Source of the DNA: Antechinus flavipes
Lineage: Eukaryota
Assembly: GCF_016432865.1 (NCBI RefSeq)
Contig: NC_067398.1
Location: 744,001-808,000 of the forward strand
Direction: 5' to 3'
Length of the DNA stretch: 64,000 bases
The notes beneath the pieces are model-generated. The model ran no database searches, was not told the origin of the DNA, and was given only the letters and a program-made list of their open reading frames with translations. The translations under genes and the position numbers were made by a program. Shown piece after piece: positions 36,233-48,566 of this stretch; position 1 is the first letter of the stretch; the number at the start of each line of letters is the position of its first letter.

Positions 36233-39200
36233 AAACCTGGAAAATAGATGTAGGAGAGATAATCTAAGGATTATTGGACTTCCTGAAAATCATGATGAAA
36301 AAAAGAGCCGAGACACTATTTTTCAGGAAATCATCAAAGAGAACTGCCCAGATATCATAGAAACAGAAGGTAAAATAGACATTGAAAGAATTCATCAATC
36401 ACCTACAGAAAGTAGTCCCAAAATCAAAACTCCAAGAAATATTGTAGCTAAATTCCAGAACTATTAGACCAAGGCAAAAATTCTACAAGCAGCTAGAGAA
36501 AAAACAATTCAAATACCAAGGAGCCACAGTAAGGATCACTCAGGATCTAGCAGCCTCCACATTACAAGATGGAAGGGCCTGGAATATGATATTCCAAAGG
36601 CATAGGAATGTGGTATGCAGCCAAGAATAAACTATCCTGCTAAACTGAACATTTTCTTCCAGGGAAGAAGATGGTCATAAAATGAAATAGGTGAATTCCA
36701 GACATTTCTGATGAAAAAACAAGAGCTAAAAAGTTTGACCTCCAAATATAGGACTCAAGAGAAGCATAAAAAGGTAAAAAAAAAAAAAAAACAAAACTAT
36801 TGAGAATTGTATTACTGTTATGGGTATACATAAAGAGTACATGTATAATTTGGTTTACTGTTATAATATAAAAAAGGATCTAGAGGCGGAAAGAAAATTG
36901 TACCAGAAAAAAGGAAAAATGGAAGTAAAAAAGGGAAACTATATCTCACAAAGAGTCAAAGGAAACCTATTATATCTGAAGGAAAGAAGGGGGGGGGATG
37001 ATCACAGTGTGAATCTTACTCTCAGCAGAATTGGCTTAAAAAGAAAATTTTAGACATATTTGGTTTACAGAGAAACTTCTCCCACCTCATAGAAAAATGA
37101 AAGGGGAAAAGTGAAAAGGGAAGCTAAATAGAAGGGAATACAGAAATTGTAAGGAAAAGATCTAAGAAAAGGGGAGGGACTCTAAGGTGGGAGGAGGGAT
37201 TCTGTAGAGAGAGGGCTGCATGAGGCAAGTGGTGCTCATAAGTTTAATACTGGGGAGGGGGGGAAGGGAAAAGGAAAGAGAAAAGCAAAATCTGGGGTTA
37301 ACAAGATGGCAGGAAATTCAGAATTAGTAATCTTAACCATAAAGGTGAATGGGATAAGCTCTCCCATAAACCGGAGGCCAATAGCAGACTGGATTAAAAG
37401 CCAGAATCCTACAATATGTTGTTCACAGGAAACACTTAAAGCAGGCTGAAACAAACAGAGTAAAGGTAAAAGGCTGAAGCCGAATCTATTATGCTTCAGG
37501 TGAAGTCAAAAAAGGAGGGGTAGCCATGCTGATCTCAGATCAAGCAAAAGCAAAAATTGATCTGATTAAAAGCGATAAGGAAAGGTATTATATCTTGCTA
37601 AAGGGCAGCATAGATAATGAAGCAATGTCAATACTAAACATATATGCACCAAATTGTATAGCATCTAAATTCCTAAAGGAGAAGTTGAGAGCTGCAAGAA
37701 GAAATAGACAGCAAAACTATAATAGTGGGAGATGTCAACCTTGCTCTCTCAGCACTAAATAAACCAAACCAGAAAATACATAAGAAAGAAGTTAAAGAGT
37801 TAAATAGAACACTAGAAAAGTTAGGTATAGTAGATCTTTGGAGAACACTGAAGGGAGACAGAAAGGAGTACACTTTCTTCTTGGCAGTTGATGGAACTTA
37901 GACAAAAATTGGCCATATATTAGGACATAAAAACCTCAAACTCAAATGCAGTAAGGCAGAAATAGTAAATGCAATCAGATCATGATGCAATAAAAATTAC
38001 ATTCAATAAAAAGCCAAGTGCAAAATAGAACAAAAAGTAATTGGAAACTAAATAATCTCTTCCTAAAGAATGATTGGGTGAAACAGCAAATCAGATACAA
38101 TTAATAATTTCACCCAAGAGAATGACAATAATGAGATGACATACAAAAATGTGTGGGATGCAGCTGAAATGGTAATAAGGGGAAATTTTATATCTCTAGA
38201 GGCTTACTTGCATAAAATAGAGAAAGAGAAAATCAATGAATTAGACTTGCAATTAAAAAAGCTAGAAAAAGAGCAAATTAAAAACCCCAAACACTAAACT
38301 TGAAATTCTAAAATTAAAAGAAGAAATTAATAAAATTGAAAGTAATAAAACCTATTGAATTAATAAATAAAACTAAGAGTTGGTTTTATGAAAAAACCAA
38401 CAAAATAGGTAAACCCTTGGTAAATTTGATTAGAAAAAGGAAAGAGGAAAATAAAATTGTTAGTCTTAAAAATGAAAAGGGAGAACTTGCCACTAATGAA
38501 CAGGAAATTAGAGCAATAATTAGGAGTTGCTTTGCCCAACTTTATGCCAATAAATTTGATAACTTAAATGAAATGGATGAATACCTTAAAAAATATAGGT
38601 TTCTCAGGTTAACAGAAGAGGAAATAAATTGCTTAAATAGTCCCATTTTAGAAAAAGTAAATAACAAGCTATTTATCAACTCCCTAAGAAGAAATCCTCA
38701 GGACCAGATGGATTTACAGGTAAATTCTACCAAACATTTAAAGAATAATTACTCCAATGCTATATAAACTATTTGAAAAAATAAGGAATGAAGGAGTCCT
38801 ATGAAATTCCTTTTATGACACAAACATGGTACTGATACCTAAACCAGGTAGGACGATAACAGAGAAAGAAAATTACAGACCAATCTTCCTAATGAACATC
38901 AATGCAAAAATCTTAAATAAAATATTAGCAAAAAGATTACAGAAAATCATCTCCAGGATAATACACCACGACTAAGTAGGACTTATACCAAGAATGCAGG
39001 GCTGGTTCAATATTAGGAAAACTATTAACATAACTGACTATATTAATAACCAAATTAACAAAAACCATATAATCATCTCAATAGATGCAGAAAAAGCATT
39101 TGATAAAATCCAACATCCATTCCTATTAAAAACACTAGAGAGTACAGGAATAAATGGACTTTTCCTTAAAATAGTCAGTAGCATCTATTTAAAACCATCA

Positions 39201-41481
39201 GTATGCATCATATGTAATGGGACTAAACTATAAATATGTAATTGGACTAAATCCCAATAAGATCAGGAATGAAACAAGGTTGCCCACTATCACCGTTACT
39301 ATTCAATATTGTATTATAAATGCTAGCTTTGGCAATAAAAGATGAAAAAGAGATGAAAGAAATTAGCATAGGTAATGAGAAAACCAAATTATCACTCTTT
39401 GCAGATGATATAATGGTATACTTAGAGAACCCCAGAGATTCTACTAAAAAGTTATTAGAAATAATCAGCAAAGTTGCAGGATACAAAATAAATCCACATA
39501 ATCATTAGCATTTCTATACATCACTAACAAAATCCAACAGCAAGAAATACAAAGAAAAATTCCATTTAAAATAACTGCTGATAGGATAAAATATTTGGGA
39601 ATCTATCTGCCAAGAGAAAGTCTGGAACTACATGAGCAAAACACTTTCCATATAAATAAAGTCAGATCTAAACAACTGGAAAAATATTAAGTGCTCCAGA
39701 ATAGGTCGTGCTATACCAATCACACTCCTAAAAAACTATTGTACTGATATAGAAAAAATAACAATAAAATTCATCTGGAAGAACAAAAGGTCAAGAATTT
39801 CAAGGGAACTAATGAAAAAAAAAAATCAAATGAAGATGGCCTAGCTGTACCAAATCTAAAACTATATTATAAAGCAGTAGTCACAAAAACCATTTGGTAT
39901 TGGTTAAGAAATAGCTTAGTTGATCAATGGAATAGGTTAGGTTCACAAGACAAAATATTCAATAACTATAGGAATCTAGTGTTTGACAAACCCAAAGACC
40001 CCAACTTTCAGGATAAGAATGAACTATTTGACAAAAACTGCTGGGAAAATTGGAAGCTAGTATGGCAGAAACTAGGCATTGACCCATACTCAACACCATA
40101 TACCAAGTTAAGATCAAAATGGGTCCATGATTTAGGCATAAAAAATAAGATTATAAATAAATTAGAAGAATATAGGATATTTTACCTCTCAGACTTGTGG
40201 AGGAGGAAGGAATTGGTGACCAAAGAAAAGCTAGAGATCATCATTGATCACAAAATAGAAAATTTCAATTATATTAAGTTAAAAAGCTTTTGTACAAACA
40301 AAACTAATGTGGACAAGGTTAGAAGGGAAGCAATAAACTGGGAAAACATTTTTTCAGCTAAAGGTTCTGATAAAGGCCTCATCTCCAAAATATATAATTG
40401 ACTCTAATTTATAAGAAATCAAGCTATTCTCCAATTGACAAATGGTCAAAGGATATGAACAGACAATTTTCAGATGATGAAATTGAAACTATTTCTACTC
40501 ATATGAAAAATTGTTCTAAATCATTATTGATCAGAGAAATGCAAATTAAGACAACTCTCACATACCACTACACACCTGTTAGTTTGGCTAGAATGACAGG
40601 GAAAGATAATGCAGAATATTGGAGGGGATGTGGGAAAAATGGGACACTGATGCATTGTTGGTGCAGTTGTGAACGAATCCAACCATTCTGGAGAGGAATT
40701 TGGAACTATACTCAAAAAGTTATCAAACTGAGCATACCCTTTGATCTAAAAGTGTTATTACTTAGACTTATATCCCAAAAAGATCTTAAAGAAGGGAAAG
40801 GGACCCACATGTGCAAAAATGTGGCAGCCCTTTTTGTCGTAGCTAGAAGCTGGAAATTAAATGGATGCCCATCAATTGGAGAATGGCTGAATAAATTGTG
40901 TCATATGAATGTTATGGACTATTATTGTTCTATAAGAAATGACCAGCAAGATGAATACAAAGAGGCTTGGAGAGACTTACAAGAACTGATGCTAAGTGAA
41001 ACGAACAGAACCAGGAGATCGTTATACACTTCAATAACAATACTATATGATGATCAATTCTGATGGGTGTGGCCCTCTTCAACAATGTGATGAACCAAAT
41101 CAATTCCAATCGATGTGTAATGAACAGAACCAGCTACTCCAGCTAAAGAACTATGGGAAATGAGTATAGACCACAACATAGCATTTGCACGCTTTCTGTT
41201 GTTGTTAGCTTGCGTTTTTGTTTTTTTCTTCTCAGGTTATTTTTATCTTTCTAAATCTGATCTTTCTTGTGCAGCAAGGTAACTGTACAAATATATATAT
41301 ACATGTATTGTATTTAACATATACTTTAACATATTTAACATGTATGGGAATACATGCCATTTAGGGAAGGGGGTGGAAGGAAGGAGGGGAAAAGTTGAAA
41401 CAGAAGTTTTTGCAAGGGTCAATGTTGAAAAATTACCCATGCATATGTTCTGTCAATAAAAAGCTATAATTAAAAAAAAAA
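36233..41481 (+). mobile_element. 5'-truncated defective L1, near-twin of 25405-31500
   Basis: Colinear with copy 1 from acctggaaaatagatgtagg onward; ends aagctataatt plus polyA; no TSD found. Confidence 0.95.
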
Positions 41482-41539
41482 GCATAAATAAATAAATAAT
41501 GGGGGGGGACCCAAACATACAAAGTATAGGAATAGACCC

Positions 41540-41674
41540 CTGAGGCAATTGGGGTTAAGTGACTTACCCAGGGTCACACAGCCAAGAAGTGTTACATGTT
41601 TGAGGCCAGATTTGAACTCAGATCTTCCTGACTTCAGGGCTGGTGCTCTATCTACTACACCAACTAGCTGCCCC
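41540..41674 (-). mobile_element. Marsupial CORE-SINE (WSINE1-like)
   Basis: Minus strand ggggcagctagttggtgtagtagatagagcaccagccctgaagtcagg. Confidence 0.85.
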
Positions 41675-41679
41675 ATAGA

Positions 41680-44600
41680 ACTTATTTTAATCTGATAAAA
41701 TCAGCAATTTAAAATGAACAGTATCATATAAAATGAGGATATATTAAAACTTTCTCCAATAAACACAATTAAACCAAGAATGTTCACTTTTTCCACCATT
41801 ATTTAACATATTCTGGAAATGCTAGAAACAGCAGGAAAACAAAAGATAGAAATTAAAGATATAAAGAAAGGCAAAGAAGAGCTCAAACTATTTCTATTTG
41901 CTGATGGTATGATCATATACTTGAAAAATCCTGGGAAATCAGCAAAGATACTAAGATAATTAAGAGAAAAGTTGCGGCCCTAAAAATCAACTGCGTTTTT
42001 ACACAACACTACACAAGAAACAGAAACAGAAAGGGAAATTTCATTCCAAATAACTCCAAATGCACAAAATATATAAGGAATGATCTACCAAAGCATTCAA
42101 AATACTTATTATAAAGTGTTTCTTAAAAAAAAACAAAGAATAATTTAAATAGCTGGAGTAAAATTCAGTGCTCATTACTAGGTAATGCAAATATAATAAA
42201 AATGATAATGCTGCCAAAGTTAATTTATAGTCTTAATGTTATATCAAATTACTAATAAAACTTTAAAATAATAATAAATAATAATAAAAACAGAAATAAA
42301 TAATAATAGAATTCATTTGGGAAAAAAAAAACTACCTAGACTGTCAAGGGCAACAATTAAAAGAAATAAGAAGGAACAGCATTTCAGATTTCCAGTCATA
42401 TTATAAAGCATTAGTTAGTTTTTATTTTTTAAGTTTTTTTTTTCAAAACACATGAATAGATAATTTTCAACAATCACCCTCGCAAAACTCTGTGTTCCAA
42501 ATTTTTTTCTTTCCCTTCCTTCCATCTCGCTTTCCTAGACAACAAGTAATCTAATATATGTTAAATAGATGCAATTCTTCTTTACATACTTTCACAACTA
42601 TCATGCTGCACAAGAAAAACCTGGTCAAAAAGGAAAAAAAAATGAGAAAAAACAAAATGCAAGCAAACTACCAAAAAAGTGAAAATATCATTTAATCCCC
42701 ACAGTCCTGTCTCTGGCTGCAGATGGCTCTCCCCACTACAAGATCACTAGAACTGGCCTGAATCATCTTCCTGTTGAAAAAAGCCCCATCCATCAGAATT
42801 GATCATCACATAATCTTGTTGCCACTATGTACAATATTCTCCTGGTTCTACTCACTTCCCTCGGCATCAGTTCATGTAAATCTCTCCTGGCCTTTCTAAA
42901 ATCTTACTCCTGATCATTTCTTACAGAATAATAATATTTCATACCATTCATATACCCCAATTTACCCAGCCATTCTCCAACCTATGGGCATTCACTCAGT
43001 TTCCAGTTTCTTGCCACTACAAAAATGGCTGCCACAAACATTTTTGCCCATGTGGGTCCTTTTTCCTCCTTTAAGATCTCTTTGGGGTACAGACCTAGGA
43101 GAGATACTGCTGGATCAAAGGGTATGAATAGTATGATGGCCCTTTAGGCATAGTTCTTTATTGCTCTCCAGAATGGCTGAATACATCCCCTCCAACATTT
43201 GTTATTATCTTTTCCTGTCATCTTAGCCAATCTGAGGGAAGTGTAATGGTACCTCAGAGCTGTCTTAATTTGCATTTCTATGATTAATAGTGATTTAGAA
43301 CATTTTTCATTACTAGAAATGGTTTTGATTTTTTTATCTGAAAATTGTTCTTATCCTTTGACCATTTATCAGTTGAAGAATGGCTTGTATTCTTATAAAT
43401 CTGAATCAATTCTCTCTATATTTTAGAAATGAAGCCTTTATCAGGACCCTTAGATATAATTTGTTTCCTATTTCTTCCCTTCTGATCTTATCTGAATTGG
43501 TTTTGTTTGTACAAATTTTTTTTTAACTTGATATAATCAAAATTATCAATTTTGCATTCCATAATGTATCCTAGTTCTTCTTTGGTCAAATTCCTTCTTT
43601 TTCTAAAGATCTAACAAGTAGTCTATCCTCTGTTCTTCTAATATGCTTATAGTATCACTCACTGTGTCTAAATCATGAACCCATTTCCATCTTATCTTGG
43701 TATAGGGTGTCATGTGTGGGTCAATGCCTAGTTTCTGCCTAATTTCCACTTTCCCCAGCAATTTTTTATCAAATAACGAGTTCTTATCCAAGATTCTTGG
43801 GTCTTTGGGTTTACTCAAACACTAAATTACTGTAGTCATTGACTAATGTGTCTTGTAGACCTCATCTGTTCCACTGACTGACTACTCTATTTCTTAGCCA
43901 GAATAAAATGGGTTTGATGACCACTGCAAAGCATTAGTTATCAAAACCATCTGGCACTAGCTAAAGAATGGAGGGATACATCACCAGAACAGATTATAAA
44001 AGGGAGAATCAGAAACAATGAAACTCAATAAACCAGTGTTTAATAAAGTGAAAAGTATTCATTGATTAGGGGGAGAATTCTAATTTTATAAAAAAACTAC
44101 TGGGAAAACTGGAAAGTAATCTGATAGAAATTAGGATCAGACTGAAATCTTAAATTGTATTCTACCATATATTCTAAATAGACATGTAATCTCAATGTTA
44201 AAAAAAAGTCCTATTAAAAAATTAGAAGAGAAGCAGATTGTATACCCCTCATAGCTATACTTGTAGAATGATTTTTTTTTAATAAAAGAGATAGTGGAAA
44301 TTTAAAAAGATAAACTGAAAAGCTTCTGCACAGACAAAATTAATGCACTAACATAAGAAATTTGTTAAAATTGGGGAAAATCTTTGCATTAAATTTCTCT
44401 GATAATAGTTTGGTATCTAAGAAACAAACTATATCCGTGTATATACATATATGTGTGTGTGACCAATAACCATTTCTGGTCACAGGATATGAACAATTTT
44501 CACAAGAATTGCAAAATATTTATAACCATATGAAAGAATATTTGAATTTACATCACCAATAATAAAAAGGAAAAAACTCTGCAAATTAGCAAAGATGAAA

Positions 44601-45120
44601 AAAATAGGAATAGTTAATAATGGGAAGGTTATGGAATGATACAAATACTAACAGTGTTGGTAGAAGAGTAAATGACTTTTTTGGAAAGCAATTTGGAATT
44701 ATGTGAAAAAAAAGTGACAAAGATTTCCATACTCTCTGAACCAAAGACTGCATTATTGGAGTTTATGCTCCAAGAACATCATTAATAAGAAGAAAGTCCC
44801 CATATACACCAAAATATTTATAGCAGCACTTTTTCTGATAGCAAAAAATTGAAAAGAAAGTAGATTAACACAGAATGAAGATTATTGAAGAATTATATGA
44901 AGAAATTATGGTATACGGATATAATAGAATATTATTATGCTGTAAAAAGAGAGAGAGAGAGAGAGAGTGTGTGCATATGCATGAACGCGTGTGCACGCTG
45001 AGTGAAGTAAACAGAGCCCAAAAAAATTACAACTTAATTACAATGATGTAAATGGTAAGAATAACCAAAAATCACCAAAAAACACCACTACAAAGTCAAA
45101 AGTGAATGCAATAAAATTGT
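41680..45120 (+). mobile_element. Older L1 ORF2/3' end, split by a younger antisense L1
   Basis: tttctatttgctgatggtatg (LFADDM-like) at about 41890; resumes at 43941 after the nested insertion. Confidence 0.7.
42418..43927 (-). mobile_element. 5'-truncated L1 nested in older L1
   Basis: 13-bp TSD aaagcattagtta at 42405-42417 and 43928-43940; minus-strand peptide KPKDPRILDKNSLFDK. Confidence 0.9.
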
Positions 45121-45141
45121 AAAGCTAAAGAATTACTCTAA

Positions 45142-46275
45142 TGGGGGTGGAGCCAAGGTGGTGGAGAGCAGACATGACTCTCTGTAACCTCCTCTCACCT
45201 TCTCTCAACCTAATAGCAGATTAAGCCTTTAAACTGGTTCTGGAGTCAAAGAACCCACAAATATTTGGATACAACACATTTTTAGAAGAAATTACCTTGG
45301 AAGAACTTCAGAACAGGTCAGGGGAACAGTCTGCTGAACCCAGACTACAGCACTGGGAGACTGGGGCAAGGAGCTGGAGGAGAGAGTCAGAGCGTTGTAG
45401 CTTCCACGCACCTGGAAACCTTCTGTGAGCCTCTTATACTACTCTGTCCTGATTGCAAGCAGGTGGTTTGGCAGGGAGACCTAGCCAGAATCAATCAACA
45501 GAACTATCCCAGGATAAATTAAGGCAACTGTTGTCCCTTTGCATTGAACAGACCTCAAGCCTTAGAAAAATGAATAAAAAACAAAAAAGAACTTCCACCA
45601 TAGACAGCTTTTATGCAGAGAGAGAACAGACCTCAAATCCTGAGGTTCCTAAAAGCAACTCCAGAAGAAGCCCTAAAGAGAGACATGAGCTGGTCCCCAT
45701 TTCTCAAGGTGGTCTTCAAAGATTGCATAAAGGATTTTAAAAGAGAGTTAGAAGAAAAATGGGGAAATGAAATAAGATCACTGCAAGAAGGAATGGAAAA
45801 AGTATATAATAACCTATAAAAGAGATGAAAAAGACATCAATTCACTGAAAAACAAAATTTCTGAAATGGAAAAAGAATGTAATGAACAAAACAATTTAAT
45901 TGGCCAATTGCAAAAGGTGCTAAAAAAGGTAACTGAAGAAAATAATACACTAAAAATTAGAATTGAATAAATGGAAATGAATGACTCAATAAGACTTCAA
46001 GTATCAGTCAAACAAAAACAAAAAGAAAAAGAAAAAATAGAAGAAAATATGAAATATCTCCTAGGAAAAACAACTGATCTGGAAAATAGATCTAGGGGAG
46101 GCAATCTAAGAATTATTGGGCTTCCTGAAAGCCATGATTAAAAAAAAATCTAAACATTTTCTTACAGGAAATCATAAAAGAAAACTAACTTAATATTTTA
46201 GAATCAGAAGGTAAAATAGCCATTGAAAGAATCCACCAATCACTTCCTGAGACTCCAAAATTAAATCTCCAAGGA
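45142..46275 (+). mobile_element. L1 5'UTR plus ORF1 fragment
   Basis: ggggtggagccaaggtggtggaga start; ORF1 coiled-coil-like KDFKRELEEKWGNEIRSLQE. Confidence 0.8.
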
Positions 46276-46539
46276 ATATCATGGATAAATTTCAAGAATT
46301 ACTCTAATGTTAAGATGCAAGAGGAAACCTCAACTTACTTCTTTATGGAGGCTGTAGAGCCTTCACATGTGTTATGAGCGGATTTGAGAATTTCTTCCAA
46401 TATATTGATCTGTCATACTGATTTTTTTCTTTCTTTTAAAAAAATCTATCTGTAATATATGTACATGTTGTTATACGGAATAGCTCTCTGAGCAGAAAGA
46501 GAGATGCTGGGCATAACTGTGATGATGTATGAAGTTATT

Positions 46540-47985
46540 TTTTAATTTAAATAGTACTTTATTTTTCCAATTACATGTAAAGATAGTTTTCAACATTTAA
46601 GATTCAACATTAAGATTTTAAGGTCCAATTTTTTCTCTCTCTCTCCCTTCCTTATCTTTCCCTCTCCCAAGACAGCAAGAAATCTGCTATAGGTCATATA
46701 TGTACAATCATTTAAAACATATTTCTATATTAGTCATGTTGTGAAGAAAAAAATCAGAACAAAAAGGAAAAACCCTGAGAAAAAAAGCAAAGGAAACAAC
46801 CCCCCTGAAAAGGTGAAAAATAATATACTTCAATCCACATTCAGTATACATAGTTCTCTCTCGGGATGCAAAGGGCATTTTCTATTGGAATTATCTCAAA
46901 ATCACTATTTTGCTGAGAAGAGCCACATCCATCAGAGTTGATCATCACATAATCTTGCTGTTACTGTGTACAATATTCTCCTAGTTCTGCTCACTTCACT
47001 CAGCACCAGTTTATGTCTTTCCAGTCTTTTCTGAAATCAGCCTCTTCATTTTTTATAGAACAATATTCCACTGACCACAACTTATTCAGCCATTCCCCAA
47101 TCGATGGTCATATATTCAATTTCTAATTCCTTGCCAGCACAAAAAGAGCTATTACAAATATTTTTGTACATGTGGTTCCTTTTTGCTCTTTTATGATCTC
47201 TTTGGGATACAGACCCTTTGGAATACAAACAGATTGAGACACTGATGGATCAAAGGGTATGAACGGTTTGATAGCATTGTGGGAATAGTTCCAAATTGTT
47301 CTCCAGAATGGCTGGATCAGTTCATAACTCACCAATAATGCATTAGTGGTCCATTTTTCCTGCATCCCTTCCAAAATTTATGTCATTTTCCTTTTCTGTC
47401 AAATTAGCCAATCTGAAAGGTATGAGTTGGCATGTAAGACTTGTTTTAATTTGCATTTCTCTAATCAATAATGATTTAAAGCATTCTTTCATATGATTTA
47501 GATGGCTTTAATTTCTTCATATGAAAATTGTCTGTTCATAACCTTTGACCTTTTACTAATTAGGGAATGACTTGTATGCTTATAAATTTGATTCAGTTCT
47601 ATATATTTTAGAAATTAGGCCTTTATTAGAAGCACTGAATATAAATGTTTCCCCCACTTTTCTGCTTCCCTTCTAATTTTAATTGTATTGGTGTGCAAAA
47701 CTTCTTTAGTTTAATGCCATCAAAATTATCCATTTTGCATTTCATAATGTTCTCTATTTCTTATTTGGTCATAAATTCCTCCATTCTCCAAAGATCTGCC
47801 AGGAAAACTATCCCTTGCTTTCTTAATTTACTCACTGTATCACTCTTTATGTCTAAATCATTAACATATTTTAATCTTATCTGGATATATGGTGTGGTAT
47901 GTTGGTCTATGTCTAATTTCTGCCATATTGTTTTCCAGTTTTCCCAGAAATTTTTGTCAAATAGTGAGGTTCTTACAAAATAGTG
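46540..47985 (-). mobile_element. L1 3' fragment
   Basis: Minus-strand ORF2 C-terminal peptides (IQPFWRTIWNY, IPFDP) and 3'UTR. Confidence 0.8.
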
Positions 47986-47993
47986 AATTCTTA

Positions 47994-48102
47994 GGAGCAG
48001 CTAGATGGTGCAGTGGATAGAGCACCAGCCCTGGAGTCAGGAGGACCGGAGTTCAAATCTGGCCTCAAACACTAGCTGTGTGACCCTGGGCAAGTCACTT
48101 AA
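47994..48102 (+). mobile_element. CORE-SINE 5' part, interrupted by the ERV
   Basis: ggagcagctagatggtgcagtggatagagcaccagccctggagtcaggagg...gcaagtcacttaa abuts the LTR start. Confidence 0.85.
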
Positions 48103-48426
48103 TGTAGAGGGCTGAAATCCTTGAGTCGATGCACTGAGTTCAGTTCAAGCACTTGAGACTAGCTACCAATTGGACAATACTCTATGGGCATATGTTTGGG
48201 GAATGGCCCTTCCCACTATCCTGTGCTGGCTCAATGTTTGGTGTATACAGAGAATTGTAGGAGGGACTAGGGGGTGGAGTAAGACTAGCCAGAGTCACTA
48301 GAGAAGAAGGAGGTCACAGAAATTCTGCTTCCATCTCCTTCACTCCTACCCCTAAAGACCAAGAACTTTTGCTTATCCTGACTCTGGCTGATTCTAAGGT
48401 ATCCAGAGTGCAACTTGGACATCACA
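48103..48426 (+). mobile_element. ERV 5' LTR
   Basis: TGTA...CACA termini, immediately followed by the PBS; first 78 bp repeated at 55291. Confidence 0.9.
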
Positions 48427-48428
48427 TT

Positions 48429-48446
48429 TGGTGCCCAGCGTGGGGC
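48429..48446 (+). promoter_or_regulatory. Primer binding site, tRNA-Lys(CUU) type
   Basis: TGGTGCCCAGCGTGGGGC vs canonical TGGCGCCCAACGTGGGGC (2 mismatches). Confidence 0.9.
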
Positions 48447-48566
48447 CCGAGGACCCTAACTTCACTGAAGAAGTCTCCAGTGACCAGGAAATAGGGTGAG
48501 TATTTTAATAGACAAAGAGGGAACTTACTTTGTTAAGGGCTAAACTAGTAACCTTTTCTAGCTGAA

